NCBI GenBank assembly: GCA_031409335.1
Contig: JANNWY010000097.1
Span: 1-21,589 of the forward strand
DNA: 21,589 bases
Reading direction: 5' to 3'
DNA from: Chthoniobacteraceae bacterium
GTDB lineage: Bacteria > Verrucomicrobiota > Verrucomicrobiia > Chthoniobacterales > Chthoniobacteraceae
A model generated the notes under the pieces. The model saw only the letters and a list, made by a program, of their open reading frames with translations, was not told the origin of the DNA and searched no databases. Of the stretch, positions 1 to 7,091 are shown piece by piece. Every line of letters begins with the position of its first letter. Position 1 is the stretch's first letter. A program made the position numbers and the translations under genes.

Positions 1-689
1 GTTTTTCCCGTGCCGCCGGTGCCGGTCAGCGTGAGCAAATGCGTGCCTTCCAGCAGCCGCTTCGCTTCCTCCATCTCGCGCTCTCGTCCGATGAAATTGG
101 TGAGCTGCACCGGCAGATTGTTCGGGACATTTTCCAGCGAACGCAGCGGCGGAAAGTCCGACGGCAGGTCGTTGGCGAGGAGTTGGTAAATGTGCTCGGG
201 CCGCGCCAGATCGCGCAGCCGGTGTTCGCCGAGATGCCGCAGCCGCACGCCCTCGGGCAGGTTGTCGCGCACGAGCGCCTCCGCCGCGAGCGAGAGGAGC
301 GACTGCCCGCCGTGCCCGGCGGAAAGGATGCGGCTCACGCGATTCAACGCCTGCCCGAAATAGTCGTTGTCGCGGTATTCCGCCGCGCCGGTATGCACCG
401 CCATCCGCACGCGCATACCGTCAACGTCGTCCCACGTTTCCATCCGCAAAAGCCGCTGCGCCTCCAGCACCGCATTCACCGCGCTTTGCGCCGTGTCAAA
501 GGCCACGCAAAACGCGTCACCGATCGTTTTGAAAACCAATCCGCCGCGCGAATCGAACGCCTCACGCAAGATCGTATCGTGCTTCGCCAGCGCGAGCGCC
601 ATCGCATCGGGAAAGCGTTCCCAGCGTTGCGAGCTGCCTTCGATGTCGGTGAAGACGAAAGTGATTGTCCCGGTCGGTGGCGGAGGCAT
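1..689 (-). CDS. Class III adenylate/guanylate cyclase fused to a P-loop (STAND/NB-ARC-like) ATPase; 5' part only, runs off the left edge
   Basis: Manual translation from ATG at 689 gives MPPPPTGTITFVFTDIEGSSQRWE...FKTIGDAFCVAF...RVRMAVHTG...DYFGQALNRVSR...LGEHRLRDL...NNLPVQLTNFIGRERE...LLTLTGTGGTGKT, i.e. cyclase motifs followed by a Walker A at the edge. It is absent from the ORF track because there is no stop in the window. Confidence 0.93.
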   Translation of the reverse strand, partial: MPPPPTGTITFVFTDIEGSSQRWERFPDAMALALAKHDTILREAFDSRGGLVFKTIGDAFCVAFDTAQSAVNAVLEAQRLLRMETWDDVDGMRVRMAVHTGAAEYRDNDYFGQALNRVSRILSAGHGGQSLLSLAAEALVRDNLPEGVRLRHLGEHRLRDLARPEHIYQLLANDLPSDFPPLRSLENVPNNLPVQLTNFIGREREMEEAKRLLEGTHLLTLTGTGGTGK

Positions 690-699
690 GAAAGCGGAG

Positions 700-726
700 T
701 TTCAAGCGAAGGCCTTCGGCTCGAAA
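700..726. promoter_or_regulatory. Near-palindrome/hairpin 10 nt upstream of the cyclase start codon
   Basis: Minus strand TTTCGAGC-C-GAAGGCCTTC-GCTTGAAA; the outer 8 bp pair with one G-U and the core GAAGGCCTTC is palindromic. Confidence 0.4.
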
Positions 727-751
727 GGAAATTCGCGGCGTCAGAGCGCGC

Positions 752-836
752 CGTGGCTTGCCGCTCCAGCGGCGAGCGGGTCCAAGTGGCGCGGAGCCTC
801 CGCCTGTCCCGCTCGCCGCTGGAGCGGCAAGCCACG
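752..836. repeat. Perfect 29-bp inverted repeat, REP doublet (REPIN-like)
   Basis: 752-780 CGTGGCTTGCCGCTCCAGCGGCGAGCGGG is the exact reverse complement of 808-836, with a 27-nt spacer. Each arm is GTGG plus a hairpin CTTGCCGC-TCCA-GCGGCGAG. Confidence 0.85.
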
Positions 837-841
837 TCATC

Positions 842-2713
842 TCACCACGCCTGCTCGACGGCAGTCACACCATCCACTTTGAAATCCGTGACCGGCTGCA
901 CCGCGCCTCCCGGCCAGATGATTTCGAGCGATTCGATCTTTTCGCCCGCACCGAGGCCGATCGTGACGGGCAGTTCCGAGGCGGACATGTAGCCACGCGA
1001 GGCGAGCACACGCTGGGTGCGAACCTCTTTGCCAATGTGCGCACGCACGAGCGCGCCGATCGCGTCGCGATTGGATTTCGTGCCCGTGAGTTTCAGCCGG
1101 ACAAATTGATGCCCGAGCTTCTGCTCGTTGCGCAGCACGAGCGGCTTGCCGCCAGTCTGCGTCAGCACGACATCCAGATCCCCGTCGCGATCGAGATCGC
1201 CAAACGCGGCGCCGCGTCCGACGATCGGACGGAACAGGTCCGCGCCCGATTGCTCGGCGGTCACAGGCTCGAACCCCGCGCGTTTTTTCGCGCCGCGATT
1301 CCAGAAAAGCTGCGCGGGCTGCGCGTAAGTCTGGCTCTGCTGCACCTTGTTGATTTCCTCTTCGAGATGCCCGTTTGCGCTGAGCAGATCGGGCCAGCCG
1401 TCGAGGTCGTAGTCGAAAAAGAGGACGCCGAATTTCAACAGCAACCGGCTCGCGGGGCCGACGTTTTCCGGGATGGCTTCATCGGCGAAAGTGAGCGGCG
1501 CGCGTTGCGCGACGTACAGCGCGATCATCTCGTTCGCGAAGTTTCCGATCGCGATGCCGAGCACGCCGTCGTTGCGATGATACGCCGCGTCGATGCCCAT
1601 CGCGCCGCGCGTGTTGCCGTAGCTGTCAAAGGCAATGCCCGCCGCCGCGCCGATCTCCTTGAACGAGCCGTCGCGCTGATTGTGAAAGACGAAATTCTGC
1701 ACCGTGTCATTCGCGATCACGAGATCGAGCCAGCCGTCGCCATCGAGATCGACCGGCGCGACGCCGAGCGCCTTGCCCGCCGGTTTTCCGGTCGCGCTAT
1801 TTTTCACCTGCACGCCCGCGGTCGCGGAAACATCGCGAAATTTTCCGCCGCCCTCGTTGTGGTAAAGCCGTGAGAAAGTTCCCTCGAAATTCATCGGCGG
1901 CCCATACGCGCGTCCAACGCCGGTGAGTTTGAAGCCAATCTCGAAGTCGATTTCGCGCGACCACTTCACATACTGGCAGACAAAAAGATCGAGCTGTCCG
2001 TCGTTGTCGTAGTCGAAAAACACGCTCGACGATCCCCAATCTTCCGGCGCACCGCCGACGCCCGCTTCCGCCGTTACATCGCGAAATTTGCCGCCGCCTT
2101 CATTATGGAAAAGCCGCGAGCTGCCCACCCCGCTCACGAACAAATCCGTGCGCCCGTCGTTGTCGTAATCGCCCGGCGCGACACCCGCGCCGAACATCGC
2201 CACATCGAGTCCGGAGCCCGCGGTGATATTCGAAAAGTGTCCCGCGCCGTCGTTGCGGAAGAGCGTCATCGTGCGCGGAGTTTCGGACTTCTTTTCCGTC
2301 CACGGCCAGTCGGTGCCATTGATGAAAAGAACATCCTGCGCACCATCGCCATCCGCATCGAAAATCGCGCAACCCGCGCCCATCGTCTCGGGCAGCAGCT
2401 TGTCGCCGGTCGCGCCATTGAAGTGCGCAAACGCGATGCCCGCCGACTCGGTGATGTCCCTGAATTTCACCGCAGGCAAAACCAACGGCTCACGCTCGCG
2501 CGTCACCGGCGTCGCGATGGCGGTTGTTTTGACCGGAGCCGGTGGCGGCGGGCGGCGCAGCACAAAAATCGCGACGCCGACTCCGGCGGCGATGAGCAGG
2601 AAAACCACCGCGGACCAGCGCATTGCCCGGCCAATGACGGCGTCGTCGGTTCTGACGAGTTCTTCGTCCGGTTCGTCGCGGGCAGGGTCGGTTTGGTTCG
2701 GGTCGGTGGCCAT
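842..2713 (-). CDS. CRTAC1-like FG-GAP/VCBS-repeat protein with C-terminal ASPIC/UnbV domain, N-terminally membrane anchored (623 aa)
   Basis: Repeated DxDxDG motifs (DADGDG, DYDNDGRTDL, DYDNDGQLDL, DLDGDGWLDL, DYDLDGWPDL, DLDRDGDLD); C-terminal SNRDAIGALV...GYMS...IGLG...IIWPGG; TM helix WSAVVFLLIAAGVGVAIFVL. ATG 2713 preferred over the track start. Confidence 0.9.
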   Translation of the reverse strand: MATDPNQTDPARDEPDEELVRTDDAVIGRAMRWSAVVFLLIAAGVGVAIFVLRRPPPPAPVKTTAIATPVTREREPLVLPAVKFRDITESAGIAFAHFNGATGDKLLPETMGAGCAIFDADGDGAQDVLFINGTDWPWTEKKSETPRTMTLFRNDGAGHFSNITAGSGLDVAMFGAGVAPGDYDNDGRTDLFVSGVGSSRLFHNEGGGKFRDVTAEAGVGGAPEDWGSSSVFFDYDNDGQLDLFVCQYVKWSREIDFEIGFKLTGVGRAYGPPMNFEGTFSRLYHNEGGGKFRDVSATAGVQVKNSATGKPAGKALGVAPVDLDGDGWLDLVIANDTVQNFVFHNQRDGSFKEIGAAAGIAFDSYGNTRGAMGIDAAYHRNDGVLGIAIGNFANEMIALYVAQRAPLTFADEAIPENVGPASRLLLKFGVLFFDYDLDGWPDLLSANGHLEEEINKVQQSQTYAQPAQLFWNRGAKKRAGFEPVTAEQSGADLFRPIVGRGAAFGDLDRDGDLDVVLTQTGGKPLVLRNEQKLGHQFVRLKLTGTKSNRDAIGALVRAHIGKEVRTQRVLASRGYMSASELPVTIGLGAGEKIESLEIIWPGGAVQPVTDFKVDGVTAVEQAW

Positions 2714-2813
2714 GTTTGCGAGGATTGGTATTCCGAGTGGCGGCAAGTGGAAGAGTCAATTCGGGGCATTCGCGTTCATCATTTGCGGCGACTCCGTTCG
2801 GGCCGCTCGCGCA

Positions 2814-2832
2814 TTGACAACCCAACCGGTTG
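2814..2832 (+). promoter_or_regulatory. Consensus -35 hexamer with an adjacent palindromic operator-like site
   Basis: TTGACA at 2814-2819 and perfect palindrome CAACCGGTTG at 2823-2832, upstream of ATG 2852. No convincing -10 element. Confidence 0.35.
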
Positions 2833-2851
2833 CCATTGCCTTGTCGGGACC

Positions 2852-3964
2852 ATGAAACATCCCACTTTTTTCCTCGCGCTTGCGGCGTTTTCCCTAGCCG
2901 GCTTTTCCGCGGAAACGAAAATCGAGCCGCTCGCCATCGGGGCGGCTGCGCCGGATTTTACACTGCCCGGCGTGGACGGCCGCGATTGGTCGCTCGCGGA
3001 TTTCAAGGATGCGAAGGCGCTCGTCGTGGTCTTCACCTGCGCGCACTGCCCCACCGCGCAGTCTTACGAGCAGCGGTTGAAAAAGATCGTCGAGGATTAC
3101 AAAGCGAAGGGTGTCAGTGTCGTCGCCATCTCGCCCAACGACCCGAAATCCGTGCGGCTCGACGAACTCGGTTACAGCGATGTCGGCGACTCGTTTGACG
3201 ACATGAAAATCCGGGCGAAGCATCAGGCGTTTAACTTTCCCTTTCTCTACGACGGCGACACCGAAACTGTCTCCCGCGCCTACGGCCCCGTCGCCACGCC
3301 GCATGTCTTCGTCTTCGATGCCGAACGCAAGCTGCGCTACGCGGGCCGCATCGACGACGCCGAGCGCGAGTCGCTTTTGAAAGTGCCGGATCTGCGCAAC
3401 GCACTCGACGCGCTGCTCGCCGGAAAACAGCCCGAGGTCGCGCAGACCCGCGCCTTCGGCTGCTCGATCAAATGGGCCGGGAAACAAGACCTGGTGAAGG
3501 CCTGGATGGAAAAGGCGGACGCGGAACCCGTGGCCGTGGAACTCGCGGACGCCGCCGCGATCCAGGCGTTGCGCGTGGGCGGCGGGAAAGTGCGGCTCGT
3601 GAATTTTTGGGCGACGTGGTGCGGGCCGTGCGTCGCCGAGTTTCCCGATCTTGTGGAGATTTTCCGCATGTATCGCGGGCGCGAGTTTGAGTTCGTGACG
3701 GTGGCGGCAAACTATCCCGATGAGAAAGCGGAGGTGCTGAAATTTCTGACGAAACAACATGCGTCGATGAAGAATTTGTTGTGGAATTCCAACGACAAAA
3801 ACGCGCTGGTGGAAGCGTTCGAGCCGAAGTGGCAGGGGCAGCTTCCCTTCACGATGCTGCTCGGCGCGAAGGGCGAGGTGCTCTTTCAGAAAGACGGCGC
3901 GATCGACGCCCTCGAACTCAAGCGTGCGATCGTGAATGCGCTCGGTCGGGAAAAACTGAAATGA
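2852..3964 (+). CDS. Exported tandem thioredoxin-fold (redoxin) protein: AhpC/TSA-like domain plus TlpA-like domain (370 aa)
   Basis: Signal peptide MKHPTFFLALAAFSLAGFSA; IGAAAPDFTLPGVDG; CAHC; GCSIKW; second domain LVNFWATWCGPC. Confidence 0.9.
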   Translation: MKHPTFFLALAAFSLAGFSAETKIEPLAIGAAAPDFTLPGVDGRDWSLADFKDAKALVVVFTCAHCPTAQSYEQRLKKIVEDYKAKGVSVVAISPNDPKSVRLDELGYSDVGDSFDDMKIRAKHQAFNFPFLYDGDTETVSRAYGPVATPHVFVFDAERKLRYAGRIDDAERESLLKVPDLRNALDALLAGKQPEVAQTRAFGCSIKWAGKQDLVKAWMEKADAEPVAVELADAAAIQALRVGGGKVRLVNFWATWCGPCVAEFPDLVEIFRMYRGREFEFVTVAANYPDEKAEVLKFLTKQHASMKNLLWNSNDKNALVEAFEPKWQGQLPFTMLLGAKGEVLFQKDGAIDALELKRAIVNALGREKLK

Positions 3965-4743
3965 GCGGGGAGACGGCGCAGGGACTGGAGGTGCGATCGT
4001 ATTTTGTGCGGGGTCGCAATGCGCTCGTGGCGCGCGCGGACTTCGGCGAGATGTACGTGGACTACTATCTGCACCAGGGCCAGCACGGCTACCAGCACGC
4101 GCCCGCGCACGATGGCATGCTGAAGGAGGCGCTTGCCGCGCTCACGCTGCACTGCGCGTCGCGTCCGTGGAATGAGTCGTGGGCGTGGACGCTGCATTTT
4201 CACGAGCCGCTGCTGAATCTTTTCGTCGCGGGCGACAACCGGCGCGGGACGGTGGTCGGACAGATTTTCACCGAGGACGTGCGGGACGATGGCGGCAGCA
4301 TGTTCTTCGCGGATTGCGTGCGGGATCGCGGTGAGCCGCGGCGGAGTTACATTGAAATCGACGGCACTGATCCGATGGGCGCGGTCGAGCAATTTTATGC
4401 GCGCAGCGAGCAGCGGCCCGCCCGGTTTTTCCGTCACGGTTTGGAAGACATCGTGATGATTTCGGCGCAGCCGCAGTGCGACCTCGCGTGGCTCGGCGCG
4501 CTCGACGACGACGCGGTGCGCGCGCTCGGTGAAACGGAGACGCTGAGCCTTCTCGAAACCCGGCTGTATCGCTGGGAATGTGGCTGCACGCAGGAACGGA
4601 TGGTCGCGGTGCTCGCGCCGATGATGCGCAGCGGCCCGGATGAACTCTTCGGGCCGGAGGCGCTCCTGCGCATGAGCTGCCCGCGCTGCGGCGCGCGGCA
4701 CACGATCACGCGCGAGGCGGTGGAGGCATACCTGGAGCGATAA
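3961..4743 (+). CDS. hslO: Hsp33 (HslO) family redox-regulated chaperone-like protein (260 aa)
   Basis: C-terminal zinc-switch motif CGC...CPRC (WECGCTQER...MSCPRCGARH); length fits; ATGA overlap with the upstream stop. N-terminal domain appears divergent. Confidence 0.75.
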   Translation: MSGETAQGLEVRSYFVRGRNALVARADFGEMYVDYYLHQGQHGYQHAPAHDGMLKEALAALTLHCASRPWNESWAWTLHFHEPLLNLFVAGDNRRGTVVGQIFTEDVRDDGGSMFFADCVRDRGEPRRSYIEIDGTDPMGAVEQFYARSEQRPARFFRHGLEDIVMISAQPQCDLAWLGALDDDAVRALGETETLSLLETRLYRWECGCTQERMVAVLAPMMRSGPDELFGPEALLRMSCPRCGARHTITREAVEAYLER

Positions 4744-4746
4744 TTG

Positions 4747-5532
4747 GTGGACGATTTCGCGCAGCGTTTCGGTGGCATCGCGCGGCTCTTCGGAGCGCGG
4801 GAACTCGCCCGCCTGCGCGCCGCGCACGTCTGCGTCATCGGCGTCGGCGGCGTAGGGTCATGGACGGTCGAGGCGCTCGCGCGCAGCGGCATCGGCGCGC
4901 TCACTTTGATCGACCTCGACGACGTGTGCATCACCAACGTTAACCGCCAGCTCCCCGCGCTCGACGGCGAGATCGGGAAACCAAAGATCGACGTGCTCGC
5001 GGAGCGCGTGCAGCGCATTAACCCGGCGTGCCGGGTCGCGCGCGTCCACGAATTCTTCACCGAATCCAGCGCCGCGCAACTGCTCGAACCGCGGTTCGAT
5101 TTCGTCATCGACGCCACCGACCGCCTTACGAACAAGTGCCTCATCATCGTTGGCTGCCGCGAGCGCGGCCTGCCCGTCCTGACGATGGGCGGCGCGGGTG
5201 GCAAGCGCGATTGCACGCGCGTGCGCGTCGCCGACCTCGCGCACACCGAGCGCGATGAGCTGCTCCGCCAGGTCCGCCGGAAACTCCGCCGCGACATGGC
5301 CTTTCCGCGCGGTCACGGCGAGCGCTTCGGAATCCCATGCGTCTATTCCCCCGAAACGCCGACCTACCCGTGGCAAGACGGCACCTGCTCCGCCAAGCCT
5401 GAGCCTGGGAGCAGCCTCGCGCTCGACTGCGCCAGCGGTTTCGGCGCGGCGACATTTGTCACCGGCACGTTCGGTTTCGCTGCCGCGGGCGAAGTCGTCG
5501 CGCGGATCGCAAAGGGGCCGGAATTCGTGTGA
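4747..5532 (+). CDS. tcdA: tRNA threonylcarbamoyladenosine dehydratase (ThiF/E1-like)
   Basis: VCVIGVGGVGSWTVEALARSGIG, IDLDDVCITNVNRQ, GGAGG, LDCASGFGAATFVTGTFG. Start is GTG 4747 or TTG 4744. Confidence 0.92.
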   Translation: MDDFAQRFGGIARLFGARELARLRAAHVCVIGVGGVGSWTVEALARSGIGALTLIDLDDVCITNVNRQLPALDGEIGKPKIDVLAERVQRINPACRVARVHEFFTESSAAQLLEPRFDFVIDATDRLTNKCLIIVGCRERGLPVLTMGGAGGKRDCTRVRVADLAHTERDELLRQVRRKLRRDMAFPRGHGERFGIPCVYSPETPTYPWQDGTCSAKPEPGSSLALDCASGFGAATFVTGTFGFAAAGEVVARIAKGPEFV

Positions 5533-5547
5533 CGAAACCGCGGCCCG

Positions 5548-5796
5548 TTACTCCGCGAAGGTCGATGCCTCGCCGTCCCGCGCGAATTTCACCCGATCGG
5601 CGAGCCACCGCAGCCATGCGGGATGGAGGCGCAGCATGTTGCAAACTTGCGCGCGCTCCGCGTCGCTGCATTCGCCGCGGGCAAAGCGCTCGAGTTTGAC
5701 CGCAGCCTCCGTGTGCGGGTCGGGCAATTGGCGCGCCGCGACCTGCGGCCCAAAGCGATCGAGAAAGTCGATCAGGATTTTGAAATCAGGATTCAC
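5548..5796 (-). CDS. Small hypothetical protein (82 aa), helical
   Basis: Fills the gap convergent with tcdA; GC-ending codon usage as in neighbours; GTG start preceded by an AT-rich promoter-like region. Confidence 0.7.
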   Translation of the reverse strand: MNPDFKILIDFLDRFGPQVAARQLPDPHTEAAVKLERFARGECSDAERAQVCNMLRLHPAWLRWLADRVKFARDGEASTFAE

Positions 5797-5938
5797 TCTA
5801 TCCGTTAAACGCCGCCAGTTCGGATTCTTTCAAACTTTCAGCAAAAATCTTCACGGCCACTTTTTTCGGTCACACACAAATTTTTTGAAACGCCTGCTCG
5901 CAGCGTCATTCAACTATCAGGGAAGCAAGCAAGCAGAT

Positions 5939-6056
5939 GCAGTCGGGTGTTGAGAGAAAATGGAGTGCAGGACGGGGTGGATCGGCGGCGGCGGTGGGAA
6001 ACGGGAATGAAGGTGGACAGACGGCGGGACCGGGGGACTCTCTCAACACCCACTGC
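5939..6056. other. Intergenic long-range inverted repeat enclosing a strongly purine-skewed 81-nt segment; candidate ncRNA or leader
   Basis: GCAGT-C-GGGTGTTGAGAGA (5939-5957) pairs with TCTCTCAACACCC-ACTGC (6039-6056): 13 perfect bp plus 5 bp after a 1-nt bulge. Confidence 0.55.
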
Positions 6057-6161
6057 CACATTTCAGGTCCGGGAAATTTCGCATGACGCGGACGGTCGCA
6101 TTCCACTTTCCATCACGCCTTCTTGCGCGCGGCGGCGCTTCTGTATGAACTCTCGCGAACT

Positions 6162-7082
6162 GTGCCCCAAGACCGACCCGGCAGCATCTGGCAAAACCTC
6201 CGCCGCGACATCAAACGCGGGTGGTCCGCGACGTACCACGCGCACAAAACCCTGCCCTGCATCGAGGACTGGCAGTGGCCGTATTGGGGTGAAAATTCAC
6301 ACGCCATCCCGGTCCATGTCATCGTCGGCGAGGCAAACTGGCAAATAGCGGCGTGGATGCTCGCGAGTTGGTTTTGCGCCACCGATCTCGGCTGGCCGAT
6401 CGTCATTCACGATGATGGGACGCTGACCGCTGGCGCGACCGAAAAGCTGCGAAATCTTTTCGGCGTCCATCTCATCATCATCACCCGCGCCGAGGCCGAT
6501 CCGGCGATGGACTTGCAGTTGCGAGCCTTTCCGTTTTGCGAGGAATTCCGCCGGACGCACCGGCAGGCGTTGAAGGTTTTCGACATCGCCGAATTTACCG
6601 GCGGAGCCCGCTGCATCGTCTTCGAGCCCGAGGTGCTTTTTTTTCAAAAACCCATCGAGATCCGTGCCTGGGCCGACTCGGAAAATGAAGCGTGCTGGTT
6701 CTGCGAGGGTGCGGTGGAAAACTCGATCATCACTGTCGCGGAAGCGCGCGATGAACTCGGCGTGAAACTGTGGCGCCGCGTGGACACCGGCATCTGCCTG
6801 TTGTGGACCGCCGCCATCGACCTCGATTTCGTGGACCGCACGCTCGCGCAAACCTCCATCCTGAAAGGCCAGCCGGACCGCATCGCGAGCACCCTCCTCG
6901 CGCTCTGCGCATCGCAGCACAACGTCGGCGGGCTCCTGCCAAAAACGTATGAAGTCTCCGCCGAGCGGAACGCTGCGAACGATGTCGTGGCGCGCCACTA
7001 TTCCGGCGCATCACGCGAACGGTTTTTCGCCGAAGGCTTGAAGCGACTCCGCGATTCCGTGCTCGCCGTCGGAGGCCACTAA
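6162..7082 (+). CDS. Glycosyltransferase-like (GT-A fold, GT8-like) protein with atypical motifs
   Basis: IVIHDDGTL, LKVFD, IVFEPEVLFFQKP at the expected DxD position, VDTGICLL, late RHY. Start uncertain (GTG 6162 or TTG 6123). Confidence 0.55.
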   Translation: MPQDRPGSIWQNLRRDIKRGWSATYHAHKTLPCIEDWQWPYWGENSHAIPVHVIVGEANWQIAAWMLASWFCATDLGWPIVIHDDGTLTAGATEKLRNLFGVHLIIITRAEADPAMDLQLRAFPFCEEFRRTHRQALKVFDIAEFTGGARCIVFEPEVLFFQKPIEIRAWADSENEACWFCEGAVENSIITVAEARDELGVKLWRRVDTGICLLWTAAIDLDFVDRTLAQTSILKGQPDRIASTLLALCASQHNVGGLLPKTYEVSAERNAANDVVARHYSGASRERFFAEGLKRLRDSVLAVGGH

Positions 7083-7091
7083 TCGAATCCC

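Noticed and set aside
752..836. CRISPR repeat
   Set aside because: Two copies in inverted orientation, no array and no cas genes.
39..992. 317-aa + strand ORF and other ORFs in 39-992
   Set aside because: Antisense shadow of the cyclase-ATPase gene on the minus strand; no protein motifs.
2105..2851. N-terminal extension of the 619-aa redoxin ORF
   Set aside because: Antisense to the ASPIC/UnbV gene; the signal peptide starts at 2852.
5939..6056. Retron a1/a2-like inverted repeats
   Set aside because: No reverse transcriptase in the window and no msd-like hairpin in the loop.
6063..6082. TCAGGTCCGGGAAA resembling the SRP RNA domain IV
   Set aside because: The required downstream GGAAGCAGC and the enclosing long stem are absent.
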